Assembly (NCBI RefSeq): GCF_009914755.1
Contig: NC_060936.1
Length of the DNA: 64,000 nt
Strand: one strand, 5' to 3'
Origin: the human T2T-CHM13v2.0 reference genome, Homo sapiens
Under the pieces are notes generated by a model. That model was given only the letters and a program-made list of their open reading frames with translations, ran no database searches and was not told where the DNA came from. Position numbers and translations under genes: made by a program. Shown in pieces: positions 40,851-57,002 of the stretch; within the stretch, counting starts at the first letter, position 1; each line of letters begins with the position of its first letter.

Positions 40851-43800
40851 CTGAAAGAGGCAGAAACCTGGTTATAGGGACAGCCAGATGGGGAGGATGC
40901 TCCCTTCGTGGTCTAGGCACAAGGAGAGGCAACGCCCAGCTGCTTCCAACACTGCCCCCTCCCTGTAACCACCCAGAGGGCCTCGCTCCTGCTCCAGATC
41001 CCAGAGGTCATGGGCTCAGGCTTCAGCATGAGCTGCCACTAGGTGGAGAGGACGACAGCCCTGCTGCGCACCCCACCACCAGCGTGACAGGCAGAGGAGC
41101 TGGCCTTTGGGTGAGGGCTCCGACTCCTGGGTCCCAGGCCTCTCTCGAGCCCGCTGGAGTCCAACACCTCCTTGCTTCCACCCGGCTGCACCCTGACTGA
41201 CAGACTCGCCCTGGGTGGGTAAGCAAGACAGAAACACCTGTGCCCCCAGGGCTTCAGAGTTCATCGAGCCCAGCCCTATCTTGGCAAGACCCTGCCGGCC
41301 CCAGCCTGCAACAACTGCACAACATTCGACCTTGACTCATTTCCTTATCGCCTGGCGAGGCTCAAGGCTCTAATGCGCAGCTGGACGTGTCCCAGAAGCT
41401 CTGTAGCCTCCTCCCAGCTGGCCCTTGAACGACGGCACGTGGTAATCCGCCACTGGCCCCAGGGGCCGGCGTTCACAGGGTGGCACGCATGCCCTCTCTT
41501 GGCCCTCGCTCGGACCTGCCCTCACTCACCCCGCTGCTCCCTGGACCCCTGCCTGGCACTTTCCCCAGCACACAGGCCAGGCTGCCTGCTGGTATACAGC
41601 CCGTACACCTGGGAGGCACCACTCCTGGCCGTGGCGGTGTGGCACTCACGGTCCCTGGAGGCAGCGGGCCCACGGACTGCCCAAAGCGCCCCAAGGATTC
41701 CACCAAGGCTGGTGGGCTTTACCTCAGTGTCTTCCTCAATCTTGGCCCCTTCTGCCTGAAGAAGTGCTAACAGGGTCTCCAAGGAAGCACTGCTAGACTG
41801 TCTGTCTGGAAAAAAAGCAAGAGGTATGACAAAAGTGAGAGGTGTCCAGGTAAAGCCCTTCATGATGCCAACCACGGCAGGATTGCACCTTCCTTTCCAG
41901 GAAGCTGAATGTGAAAGGCTTGAAAACCTACAGGGGAACAAGTGCACCAAGCCAGTGCCCAGGGGCCAACATCCCATGTCAGAGCAACCTGTGTCACCAG
42001 CTGCTTCTAGAACCAGCTGTTTTCAAATATGGGGCAGTGACATTCTCATCATGCCACTTTGTATTTCCTTTATGTTTTGAGTGGTAACTTACATCGAGTA
42101 TACACATCTCAAGTGTGTAAGTCAAATTTCCACGTGTTTAACCGCCAACCACCACCCCCCAGATCCAGACACAGAACCTTTCCACCGGGCGCCCTCACGC
42201 CCACTGCACCCGCCAGATAACCCCTACGCTGGCCTCCACCACCACAGAGGAGGTCCGCCTGGTCTTGACTCCACATCCTGGAATCAGAGAGTACAGGTCA
42301 TACTCTCCTGGCTTCTTGCACTCAGCACCGCGTCTCTGAGACCCTGCTCAGGTCTGTGAATCAGTTCGTTTCTTTCCAATGCTGTGTAGTGTTCCATTGT
42401 GTAAACAGACTTTATGTGCCCATCACTCTGTAGACGGACATTTTTATTGTTTCCAAATTTTATTATAAGGTAATAAAGATACAACATTCTTGTACCTATC
42501 TTCTGAGAGACATTAATATCCACTTCTGTTGGGTATACACCCAGGAGCAGAGCTGCTGTGCAGCGCATACACACTCTTCATTCTAGCAGGTGCTACCCAA
42601 CAGCCTTCCCCAGGTGAAATGAGAAAAGGAGGTGGCTGTGGCAGTGCAGCCTGCAAGCCCCAGATGACCCATGGACACTCCTACCAGCAAGATGCACGGC
42701 ACCTCACAGCACTTGGTACTGCCAGTCTTTTTACTTTTCGTCATTCTGGTTTGGGTGTATGATCGTAAATTTTTACTGAAGTTAATGGAGAAAATGACAA
42801 GATGATAGCAAGTAGTGACAGACATCACTGTAAACCTCACTGCAGAAGGTGATCTTTAACCCAAACTCTTTAAAGGGATGGGGTCTCTGTCACCCAGGGT
42901 GGAGTACAGTAATGCAATCACAGTTCACTGTGGCCTCAGCCTTCAGAGTAGGTGGGACTATAGGCGAGCACCACCACCCCCAGCTTATTTCACTTCTTTT
43001 GTAGAGACACAGTCTCGCTCTGTCGCCCAGGCTGGAGTACAGGGCTGCAATCATGGCTCACTGCAGCTTCAATCTCCAAGGCTCAAGCAATCCTCCTTCC
43101 TTAGCCTCCCAAGTAGCTAGGACCATAGGCGTGTGCCACCACCCCCAGCTCTGACTTTATCTAAATGTCCCTTTGATAACTATCAAAAGCACTTAGGATG
43201 CTCAACAATCTTTAATTCTGATGTCTCCTCCTAATGGCTGGAAATTAAAGTATGCCATTAAAATAAAGTGTTTCAGTGATGCTTTTTTTTTTTTTTTTTT
43301 ACCATTAACAAACAGCATAAGACAAACGGGCAAACGTCATAAGACATCTGTTTAATATCATAATTCAGAAAGCTTTTTCTATGCTGTTTAGAGAAGGTGG
43401 GGTCTTGAATTTAAAAAGTGGTTAAGTCTCCTCTTCTAAACTGGTGACTGCTAAACTGGCTGGCTTCCTCCTAATCTCCAGCCCCTTTTCTGGTAACTGC
43501 CCCGAGGTACCCACGTTTCTGCAACCTGCTTCACACTGCAGACCCTGGAGGTGCGTGTGGACCTGGGCTGACCTCAGCAGTCACCGCCACCAGTCAGGGC
43601 CACTGGGAGGAGGGGGCAGTCCTGCTATACACCCTGCCCTCTCGAACCGCAAGTGCAGAGAGGCCGCAGGTCTGGGGGCCCTCCATATTCCATACATAAA
43701 CTAGTCCAATACAGTGGCTCATGTCTGTAATAGCAGCACTTTGTGAGGCAAAGGCAGGAGGATGGCTTGAGTTCAAGACCAGCCTGGGCAACATAGCAAG

Positions 43801-44303
43801 ACAACCTCTCTGCAAAAAAATGAAAAACTAGCCTGCTTGGGGTAGTGCACACCTGTGGTCCCAGCTACTCAGGAGGCTGAGACAGGAGGATCACCTGAGC
43901 CCAGGAGGTCGTGCTGAGCCATGGTTGCGCCACTGCACTCCAGTCTGACAGAGCAAGACCCTGTCTCTAAAAATAAATAAATAATATACATAAGCTATTT
44001 GTTCATTGCAGTAGAGTCGCTATCTTAACCTGAAATTTTTCCGTAATATTTCTTTCCTGGTAGGGCAATAGCTTGAAAATGTGTCCTTCTCTCAACTCTT
44101 TATTCTCGAATGATCACCCTTAAAAAGTTACCTAATTTGGTCTTCTTTATCTGATAGGCTTCAAAGAGAACCTGGAGTTCCTGGTATTTCTGGGTCAAGC
44201 GTGCTTTCAACGTGTCCAGCTGGGGCTGGTACAAAAGGTTTCCTTCTGCCAGGCTCCGGTTGCTGGCAAGTGTCATTTCTTTGTTAAGCTGAACATTCTG
44301 TGT
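40359..44303 (-). CDS. VPS37B: VPS37B (ESCRT-I subunit), exons 2-4; exon 1 outside the window
   Basis: join of 44303-44132, 41805-41723 and 40850-40359 is in frame: [23 protein letters not shown]...mod(r) domain...Pro-rich tail with PTAP...PGFILQ*. Confidence 0.96.
41723..41805 (-). CDS. VPS37B: VPS37B exon 3 (83 nt)
   Basis: [27 protein letters not shown]; ttccag/gtaaag. Confidence 0.95.
42075..42765 (-). mobile_element. Old L1 fragment(s)
   Basis: gctgtgtagtgttccattgtgtaaa...gggtatacacccagga resembles antisense L1M. Confidence 0.65.
42876..43146 (-). mobile_element. Degenerate Alu fragments
   Basis: Partial reverse-complement Alu arms. Confidence 0.8.
43704..43985 (+). mobile_element. 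Alu (AluJ-like)
   Basis: Alu consensus. Confidence 0.9.
44132..44303 (-). CDS. VPS37B: VPS37B exon 2 (172 nt)
   Basis: [57 protein letters not shown]; ttgcag/gtaact. Confidence 0.96.
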
Positions 44304-45929
44304 CTGCAAGGAACACACAAGATGATGAGAACCAAAAGTATATCAGCTCCTAAACCCCTGAGGTCCCCACGCACACCCCAGGAGCCCAGTGCAGCTGCTG
44401 CCACCTCACTGGTCTCCACAGCTGGCACCGCATGCCAGGCAGATGCTACTGACCCAGAGCCAAGCCCCTTGGTTTCTCATTTGGAGCTGCTGCCCGTCGT
44501 AAAGAATGAGGCCGACTTCCTTCCAGCACGTTTCCAGGACAGGCTTTGTCCTGTGACTCCATGCAGAGCCTTCCCTGCCACGGCTGCGCTGTGACTTGAA
44601 TTCCTTACTACGGCCATTGTGCTTGCAGAAGTAAACAGCTGTAAAGATTTAGAATCTGATTTTTTTCAAAACAAGTTTCTGCTGCTCCCGAGGAAGTTAA
44701 GGAATCACTTATCAGCAGGAGACCAGTTGGCATGATGTCAATTCAGGCTTCATAAGCAGGCTAAGAGGTCCAACCAGCAAGCTGAAGAGACCCTGGGAAG
44801 GAACTGTGTTTCCAGCCACCGGGGTTCCTCTGTCTCTCCCATGCCCACCCCAGCTCTTCTGAGCCTTCCAGCTCCTAGCTGTTGGTGGGTGAGCAAAGCC
44901 GACCAAAAGCTGGGGGAAGAGGGGGGACATATTTTGCCCATCAGGGATTTCATTTTGTCCTTTAAAGCAATGACAGGCTACCCTGGTAGGTAGAGAAGAA
45001 GCCACATGCCCAGAACTTAGGGGAGAACGACAGGAGTAGAAGGTCTGAGAAAAAAAGGCAAAACGCTCCTAGCAAAACTTAGCCAAAGTTTAAATAAAAA
45101 ACACAAACGCGTGGGTACCCTAGTTCCCTTTTCACTCACTGGTGATCGGCTTCCTCTACCACAGCCCAGCCGCCGCCACCTCACTTTCCTTCCACACCGT
45201 CAGTTTCAACAGCATGCGATTCCTTACCCAGCGTGTGTCCCTGTTTCTCTTTAAGCAGCTCTTCTTCAACGCCACCCCAGTCATCTCATTTTCCCCTTAA
45301 TATTTTCTACCACCCCACCCAGGCTATTTTTGCTGCGACTTCCTTCCTCTTAGTAGCTCGAGTATAGATTCCTGGCCATGCTGCCTCTGCTCCCCACCCC
45401 CAGTCATACCCGTTGATTGCTGTCATAGTTCCTGGTGCGCTCACACGAGTGCACACGCACCACACACACAAGGAAGAGCCTCAGGGAATCAGAGAACAAA
45501 GAAAGAAGCCCTTGGATCCATGCCTCAATCAGGAGATCCCTAACCCCAGCAGGAGGGCTCTTTTCAGCAGACAGTGATCTGCATCTCCAGACAACAGCTG
45601 CACCCAGGGCCCTAAAGATCAGGCTCTGCTGAAACCCAACAGGATTTAAATGACAATGAAAACCAAACCTCTCTCCCAACTCTAAAGTAAAAGCTAGGAG
45701 TGTCCCCGAAATGTGGGTGGTAGAAATGCTTTCATCTCTTCTGATGCCTTTAGCAAAAAAGGAGAATCTTGGGACTGGAAAGACGCAGTTTCACTCGGGT
45801 TTCTGGTAAGCAGTGGGGCTCCCGTCACCCGCTTCCCCACCCACAGGGCGGCTCTCCATGGGCTTTCTATGCCAGGCCATGCAGAAGCGTCTTTCCTTCC
45901 ATTGTTAAGTCATTTAAAAGAACAAACAA

Positions 45930-46570
45930 AAACCACTGTATGGCCACTCTGGAAAACAGGCACTTTTTAATAAAGCTGAATACGTAACTACCCTATGACC
46001 CAGAAGTTGTACTCTTGGGCATTTATATCAGAGAAATGAAAACTTATATTCAACAAAAACCTGCTCAGGACTGTTGAGAGCAACATTTATTTGTAACAAC
46101 TAAAATCTGGACGCAGCCCAGGTGTCTTTTAACAGGTGAATGGTTAAACAAGCTGCAGGCCAGCCAGGCCGCAAAATACCACTCAGCAGCAAAAGGAAGA
46201 AACTTGACTGGCGGGACTGAGAACGCTCTAGGGAATCACACTGAAGGAAAACAGCCAACCCCAAAGGGCCACTCACTCCATGACCCCATGCACACAACAC
46301 CCTTGAAATACAAAATCACAAAAATAGAGAACAGATTAGCGGTGTGTGTGGGACTATAAAAGGCCGACATGACGGATTTGCACGGGGACGGAGCCGTCCT
46401 GATGTTCTGTGTCCTGGCAGTATCAGTGCCCCGATCCTGGTGCTGAGAGTGCGTTGAATTTCACCAGATGTTACCCAGGGGGCAGCTGGGAGAAGGGGAC
46501 ACAGGATCTCTCTGTATTCTTTCAACTGCATGTGAAACTATGAGCATCTCAAAATAAAATTTAACTGTAA
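45930..46570 (+). mobile_element. Old L1 (L1MC/ME-type) 3' fragment
   Basis: gccactctggaaaacag...ctaccctatgacccag...ttgggcatttat...caactgcatgtgaa. Confidence 0.75.
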
Positions 46571-47908
46571 ATACAACCACCAACCACTGCTGAGATGGCT
46601 TTCTCCTGCTGGTCTCACCTGGCGGATGAGGAGAAGGGCACATTGTCCAGGCTGCATTCAGAGACAGGCCTCGCGCTCCTGCTCCCAGACCCACAGTTCT
46701 GTGTGTTCCATCACTCTCAATCAATCATTTGTTCAATAAACATTTACTGAGCGAGTATTATCTGCCACGCCTGGGGTTAGGCACAGGGAATTCTGAGAAA
46801 CAGGAGTGCTCCCACCCTCAAATAAACTGAGTCAAGCATAAATGGAGCCAAACTCATCAGCCCTGATCTGTGAGGCCCCAAATGGCCTGGTCCCCACCAT
46901 CCCTTCCCGGTCAGTTCTGAGAAAGGAGGTCCCTAACCATCCTGCCTACACCAGCAGCCACCCTCTGTCAGCGCCCATGTCTTTCGTGGCATCATCACTG
47001 TCATCAGTGAAGATTAAATCTGTTGTCTCAATCACTGTCTGTCCCAACACTAAATACAGACGACACACTTGTCTTTGGCATCCCAAGCACTTTGCACACA
47101 TCTGCCACTCAGTGAAGATCTGCTGAATGAATCAGAGAGCCCCCCACAACCCCAAAAAAGCCAAGATTCACTCAAAGCCAAGCCTGGCAAATAAGGGAGG
47201 TAACAAAACTGTGGAGGAAAAAAAGCGACCTAAGTTTGTTGAGAGCTAAGTGCCTCCAATCCTTGATGAAGCAGAGGCGCTCCCATCAGAAAGTCACTAG
47301 AGACTAAGTCTGAGGGAGGGTGTCACGCTGGACCTTAAAGTAATTGTCAAACAGAATTTCCTCAAAAGTCCTCAGTCAAGGTAGCACACAGCAAGTGCAG
47401 GTCTCCCACGCAACCACTTGAAAGACAGCGCTCAATGCAGCACCGACCGACATTCCAGCAGGCGGCCTAGACTACCCCACAGCAGTCTCAGCCTCGGCTG
47501 TGCCTTACGATCCCCGTTTACTGGGGAGTAGGGAGGCTGCTGTTACAAATCTCAATGTCCCGACCAACCCCTACCTGTTGAGCTCTTCAGGAGGGGCCAG
47601 GCATGGATGCTGCCTTCAAAGCTCCCTGCTGATACATACCGCTAAGCTGAAGACTTTTGCTCCAGTTTCACCATACAAATGCATCTACAAACAAAATCTT
47701 ATTTCCGTAGGGTTTAAGTCAAGTCAAAATCACTTGTCCTATATATTAGAAAGTCCTAGAGGAGAAGAACACAAGGAAAGCGTGGACTATAATAAAGACA
47801 ACTCACGTGTCCACATTTCTGGGGTCTGGGGAAAAAAGGCAATTTGTTTTGTATAGGACACACATAAGCCACCAGGCATCAAAAGAGGCCAAATAAAACT
47901 CCAACTGA

Positions 47909-48205
<297 letters not shown>

Positions 48206-48237
48206 ACTCCAACTGAGGACTGTTAAACTGGCAGTGA

Positions 48238-48653
<416 letters not shown>

Positions 48654-49651
48654 TAATGGCAGTAGGGACAATGGCCAGGATGCATGTGCTGAAGGTGAAT
48701 GTCTTTTCTTAAGCATTGGATAAAACTTTTTAACACTCAAAACCTGCCCCAGAACACACCTTGGATGCTACAATCAATGTAGAAACTCTTTCCTCAATCT
48801 TTTCATTGTTACAGTTGGAAAAAAAAAAGGGGGAGGAGAAACAACAGCTTTGTTCATTTGCAAAGCAAAGGCAAATTGGCCAGGACAGGCCCGGGAGGCC
48901 TCCACAGGCGCAGCATACACCACTCAGCAAGGCCCAGATGGCAGCCACTCCGGCCACATACACCCGGCTCTCCACCCCTCTCCGACTGATTCCAGCCTCA
49001 ATGTCTGTGACCAAATCTGTACAGTAAATCTGAGAATGCTTAGAGAGGTATTTTAGGAACCATCAAACTAAAAAAAAAAAAAAAAAAAAATCTTAAGTTG
49101 CCACTGTCTTTGTTTCATGGTAGGCACCAACAGATACCTGAAATTGAAAACAGTGATGCCAACCTCTTGATCATTCTCATGATCCTTTTTGTTAACCATA
49201 GAAAAGTCTTTTCAGGAAATAATCTCTCTGTGGTAAAGAAACATTCTTATAAATTTACTCAGTTTCACTTCAGTTTCCATTACTTCTCATAAGTGAAGAA
49301 AAATGAGATGCCTGATTACAGCATTTGTAGTAGGACCTGGCTTGTCTAAACTTATTTCTGCCCACCTATCCGTGCATGAGCACAGAGAACTCTCTGGAAG
49401 CATGCTCACCCCAGGGTAACAGCAGCAGCCCGAGTGGTATGATTTTTTTACTTTCCACTTTCTACTTTTAACTATCACAGTGTTTGATTCATTAGAGCAA
49501 GCACGCATAACTTTGTAGAGAAAGGGTTTTTCTGTTTTAAGTTAAAAAAAAGTATCTTATATATACTTATCCAGGCAGAAATGTGGAGGTCTCTTTTTAT
49601 CTCTTGGGATGCTTACATTAATATATGTAACTCTCTCAGAACACACAGTCT

Positions 49652-50028
<377 letters not shown>

Positions 50029-50610
50029 TCAGCAAGAAAGAAAAGAGATCTACAGTCCCCTCTGCATATGCCACGGCTGCTACAAAGGAGAGGCACGCAG
50101 GGGCAGAGGCAGAGGCAGGAGACCGCCTGCAGCTCTGTGGCCAATGCTGGGTCAAGGGTGTAGGTTTCCCATGGATGCCTTCCAGACCAGACACTTCTAC
50201 AATGTGAAATTCTGATTCCAGCTGGCCAGTGTCTAGCTCCTCCACCTGTAATTATAATTGTGCCTTCCTAAACACAAAGGCAGACAAATCTGCCCACATT
50301 TCCAAGCTAAATCTTCTTCATGGAAAGATACTCATAGCAGTTCTTTTTACCCCCTTCACACTGTAATATAATACTTACAACAACTAAGTAAGTGACATGA
50401 CTGAATTCGTTTAGCAAACTTGAACAAACAAATGGGAATCCTTAATAGCACCGGAAGTCCTTTAAATGCTCAAAATCCAGTGTGTACTTGGAATTTGGGC
50501 TGCGTTAGGATAAAAACAAAATATGCCCGCACCTACAGCATTCTCAGAAGGCATAGTATTTATGCAAAGTAAATAAATCACATTTTATTTAACAAGCAAT
50601 CTTTATTGTC

Positions 50611-50771
50611 ATTTTTTATTTTTTGAGACAGGGTCTTGTTCTATCACGCAGGCTGACATGCAGTGGTGCAATCATGGCTCACTGCAACCTTGACCTCCTG
50701 AGCTCAAGCGATCCTCTTGCCTCAGCCTCCCAAAGTGCTGGGATTACAGGCTTGAGCCACTGCGCCCAGCC
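50611..50771 (-). mobile_element. Alu monomer (FAM/FRAM-like)
   Basis: Single-arm Alu. Confidence 0.8.
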
Positions 50772-51304
50772 ACAAGCAAGCATCTTGTTAAACAAGCATT
50801 AGGTCCAGGAATATAAAATGTTCTTCCCACAAAGACTCTGCTCACACTGGCTCTTCAGCCTGGAACGCCCTCCTATCCAAATCTCTGCTGCAAACTCTAC
50901 CCTAACCAAGGTCTTAGCAACGGAACCTTTTCTAAACCTTCCCCAGCCCCACCAACGCCACACAGAGCTAGACCCTTAGTGGTGGGCACTCCCTGAGGCC
51001 CCGCTTGATTGAGATACAATTCACACCTCATACAATCCATCTACTGAAACCATTCCACTCAAGGGTGTCTCATGTATTCGCAGAGTACACCTCTGGCTTC
51101 ACTGTATTCACACTGTATTCTTCTGTGCTTGTTTGTTCATCTATTCATACATCAAAAAAAATTTTTTCAGGCATCATCACGGGCTGGCTCTGGAAGTACA
51201 GGCAATGGAGACAGAAAAGTGAACAGGAAGGTGAGGTTCCTTTCCTTAGGAGAGTGCAGCTACTAAATATGACAAACAGAATCATAAAATCTGTCCACTG
51301 CTAG

Positions 51305-52450
<1,146 letters not shown>

Positions 52451-53054
52451 TGCTGGAATCTTCCACCTGTTCTTGAAAACCACTGTCTATCCTGCTCTGT
52501 GTCCCAGCAGCCACCTGGCTGACCTATACCAACCCTTCACCCGGACACTCACCCTCAGGTTCTGGTTGGATTCAGCAATGAGGATCAACAGTAGGAGGAA
52601 GATGAAAAGGGACAGCGGAGATGGGGAGTGTTCCCCGGGTTGCCTCGCTGAGGTGCGGCTGCAGCTGGGCCAGGTCCTCCAACCCTCCCTTCCTCCAAGG
52701 CAGCCCTCTCCTCTGCCCCTCCCGCAGGCCTGGAAGTGAGAAGTGCATGGCTGTTGCTAATCCTGCATCAGGCTTTGGGGGTCTCCACGCTGCCCTCTCC
52801 TTGTGGGGAATCCCTTTATTCAACTCCTCACCAATCCCTCATGCTGACTGTGCCATGTCTTGCCAGAAGCCTGATTGAAATAGTTAGAACAGTTTACCCC
52901 ATGACACAAAATGACACTTGAGCTCACATCCACTCTTTTAATGGTGACCATAAAGCCCCTTAAGAGTAGAACCATGTCTTAATCATTCCCCTGTGCCCAG
53001 AACCTAGCGCAGTACCCAGGCTAACACAGGCACATAGCTAAATACTTGCTTGAT

Positions 53055-53316
53055 TGGGCTCGGTGGCTCACGCCTATAATCCCAGCACTTTGAGAGACCG
53101 AGGCGGGCGGATCACTTGAGGTCAGGCATTGGAGACCAGCCTGGCCAACATGGTGAAACCCCGTTTCTGCTAAAACTACAAAAATTAGCCAGGCATGGTG
53201 GTGTGCGCCTGTAGTCTCAGCTACTTGGGAGGCTGAGGCAGGCAGGAGAATCACTTGAACCCAGGAGTCAGAGGCTACAGTGAGCCGAGATCGTGCCAAT
53301 GTACTCCAAAAAAAAC
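53055..53316 (+). mobile_element. Alu (3' truncated)
   Basis: Alu consensus. Confidence 0.9.
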
Positions 53317-53776
53317 TTGCTCAATTTTAACCATAAGAATCTTCATAATTGGGGCCTCAGGACACTATCTGTCAGTCATTGTGAAAATCCTGCTAAGCTT
53401 TTTTGAAGATTAGCCTTTTTGAATGTTCAAATTCATAAACAGTAACGTCATGGGTTGATACAACCAGCTATAAACTGGGAAACTACTTGCATTCCTAGCT
53501 TTTACTCCAGCAGTGATAACAGTTTGGCAGTGAAATGGAAAGGGGGAAAAATGAAGATGATGACACTGATGGCTGGAAAGCGAAGCTACCCATTAACTGT
53601 GGTGAAACATGAGACACAAAACACACACGGAGACACAGACACAAGCTGGCTTTGTGCGACGCTTCTCTTCACTGAAATCAGCCCTCTCCCACTTAGAAAG
53701 CATATCAGAATGTTAGAGTAGCATTACTGTCATGAGAGCCTCGAAGCCACTATATTTACACGTGTAATTTACACAC

Positions 53777-53910
53777 CGGTGCAGTAGCTCACGCCTGTCA
53801 TTCTAGCACTAAGGAAGGTAGAGGCAGGAGGATTGCTTGAGCCCAGGAGACCAAGACCAGCCTAGGCAACGGAGTGAGGCACTGATCTCCACAGAAAGGA
53901 AAAAAAAAAA
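53777..53910 (+). mobile_element. FLAM-like Alu monomer
   Basis: Left-arm Alu plus A-tail. Confidence 0.8.
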
Positions 53911-54556
53911 ACAAACACGACACACACACAGAAAAACCCTAATCCCAAGCTTCCATTTCTACAGCTCATCAGGGCCACAATGACATGCTCCAGCACAGTG
54001 GTTGGCCCATTCATCTGTTCGTTCATTCATACAAGAAATACTTGGGAAGCACCTCTGTGTGCCAGGCTCGGGGGAGACACCATCATCACAGGGAGTCTGG
54101 CTCAGAGTCTCAGTCAAGCCCATCCTCCTACGTAAGGCACTGAGCGTTGTGCACTGCCCAACTCCAGGGGGTGCCATTCACTTCGTACTGCAGCACTGCA
54201 TACCCGCACAGACTGCATCTGCTCTTCCAATAAAAGGCTCAAAAGAGAAAAAGGGGAAAAATCAAAACAGATGTGATTTTAACGGTTTAAGTAAGACAAG
54301 TTACTGGTGCTGATCTGAAAACTTTGCTCTTGTCAGTATCTTCCACATTTCAACAAAATTTGCTGACATTTGTTGAGCATAGCTAGCATGTGCCACCTTC
54401 TCTTAGTTCCACTGTCTCCATTCTATCCTCTGTGACAGTGAGACAAATTTGTCCTCATTTTACTCAAGAGACAGGAAACACAATCTTAGGAAGGTTAAAC
54501 GAGCTGTCAAAGTTACAACTGCTAGTAACTCCCTCCAGAGCTGCGATCTTAACTAC

Positions 54557-54936
54557 TGTGCAGTGGCTCACGCCTGTAGCCCCAGTTACTTGGGAGGCTG
54601 AAGCAAGAGGATCACTTGAGCCTAGGAGTTCAAGGCCAGTCTAGGCAACATGGTGAGACCCTATCTCTAAAAATAAATTATGCCAGGTATGGTGGCTCAT
54701 GGCTGTAAACCCAGCACTCTGGGAGGCCCAGGCAGGCAGATTGTTTAAGCCCAGGAGTTGGTTGGAGAACAGCCTGAGCAATAAAGTAAGACCCCATCTC
54801 TACAAAAAATAAAAAATGAGCCAGCCATGGCAGCATGCACCTGTGGTCCCAACTACTGGGAGGCTGAGGAAGGAGGCTTGCTTGAGCCAGGGAAGGCAAG
54901 ACCGCAGTGGGCTGTAATCACACCACTACACTCCAG
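54557..54936 (+). mobile_element. Alu monomer plus old Alu in tandem
   Basis: Degenerate Alu consensus. Confidence 0.85.
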
Positions 54937-56707
54937 CAGAGGATCAAATGGAAATTTACTAGTTTACTATTTCTCTATTTTCATGTTATAACAACAATCA
55001 TCTAAGGTTCATTCCTATTTATACCTTTTTTAAAAAAACCTTTTATAGAAGATACTTTCAAAAAGTAAAGGTAGAGAGATGAGTATGATGAAACTATGTA
55101 TAACCGTCTCCTAGGTTCGACAATTAGCAACATTTGCCAATCTTCATCTATATTCCCGCTTTTTTTTAAAAGTAGTTTAAAGCAAACTTCGAGCATCATC
55201 ATTCATGCTTAAAAATTTTATATTTCTAACAGGTAAGAACTTTTTAACCCTAGCTACAATGCCATAATCACATTTAGCAAAATTCACAATAATCCTTTAA
55301 TATCATCCTCTGCATGTGTTGGCTCAATTTCTTCTATAAAAAACTTTTTGCCTCATCTATTTGACTACATGAAATACAGTTTATATAGGAAAAGCTGGAT
55401 AAATGCTTGGTTCTTTTTTTTTTCTTTTTAAACCAACTTTTGGAAGACTGAGTTCATACCTGAGCAAACTCCAAAAATGACCAATAAGCTTTTTGGGAGT
55501 ATCATTATGAAGTAATGAAGTTTTTATCTCTGATAAAAGGCTGTTCTGGGACACCACTGCTGCCCTGCTCTCCAGTAAAATATGTCTAAGACCAATCCTG
55601 TACATTTGCTGCCCCCAAGCTTAGCTGGCCCTTCTCAAAGGAATACTAGTTCCTTTTGGTGGGAAATTTGATTTTCACCTTTTCCTCTCCAGATAAAATT
55701 AAATTCAAAGTTATCTATAACACAAAGAAAAGGAATAAAACAAATCTTAGCTTTTGTACTATTCTACTACTAGAAATATTCTCAAATTGCATTAAGACCT
55801 TAAATGCAGCAGGCTTATGGGTTAGGTTTGATAAAGAAAGGCTGCCATACATTCAGCTAGGTTAACTGCATCTCTTTTTATTTTACTATACTTGATTTAT
55901 CACACCAACTAATTTCAAGGTAAATTTCACCAAAGTAACATGCAATTTGAGTTTGAGCTTTACATTAAAGGCTAGGTTATTTAAAAGTCCAAATTCACCT
56001 TCATTCAGTAAAAAGATATTCCCAATGACAAACTAATTTCACCAGTCTCCACCTGAATTCAGGTCTTCAGGTGAAGCCTGTAACCCAAGCCTACGATGGC
56101 CCTTAGATGTGCTGTAAACACATTAATGTGGCTTAATTCAAATCTTCAGTTTTACTGAAACAAACTTAACAGTTGCGGAGTTGGACTATTAACATGTTGA
56201 CAAAATTAAAAGATCTGCAAATACAGAAATATAGTTAAAGAATCGGAGAACATTATGAAACAGTCCTAAAATACGACAATCCTGGGGGTTGTGTGAAACC
56301 ATCTCCAAGGCTACAGCCCACTCAGGAAGGAAACTTACCAGCTGCTTATCGAATGTTCCACCAAACAACCCACTCCACACACAGAACCTCTAACTTCCAA
56401 CTATTAGATTAATAAAGATAGCTATTTTTATCGGAGACATCAAAATCCTTCTTGAGAGAAAACTTGCTTCCCTCGAAAAGGAACAGACAGTGAGATCTAG
56501 ACTCAAACGATCCCCTCCATATGTAGCTGACGTGAATCTAAAAATTGGTACGTGTGAGTGCAGCTAACCACAGAAACACAAAAAGCTAGGCTCGAAAATA
56601 AATGGACTATTCCTAGGTAAGATGGAAAGTGACACACTTGACAGTTTCTAGGGCTGGCAGGCACAACTTACCAGGAGAGGGTTTGGTTTTTCCTAGAAGA
56701 CATATTT

Positions 56708-57002
56708 TCTTTTCTTTTTTCTTTTTTTTGAGACAAGAGTCTCACTCTGTCACCAGGCTGGAGTGCAGTGGCACGATCTCAGCTCACTGCAACCTCTGCC
56801 TCCTGGGTTCAACCAGCCTCAGCCTCCCAAGTAGCTGAGACTACAGGTGTGCACCACCACATCCAGCTAATTTTTGTATTTTTAGTAGAGATGGGGTTTC
56901 ACCATGTTGGCCAGGATGGTCTCGATCTCTTGACCTCGTGATCCGCCTGCCTTGGCCTCCCAAAGTGCTGGGGATTACAGGCGTGAGCCACCGTGCCTGG
57001 CC
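56708..57002 (-). mobile_element. Alu
   Basis: Reverse-complement Alu; TSD AGAAGACATATTTTCT. Confidence 0.95.
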
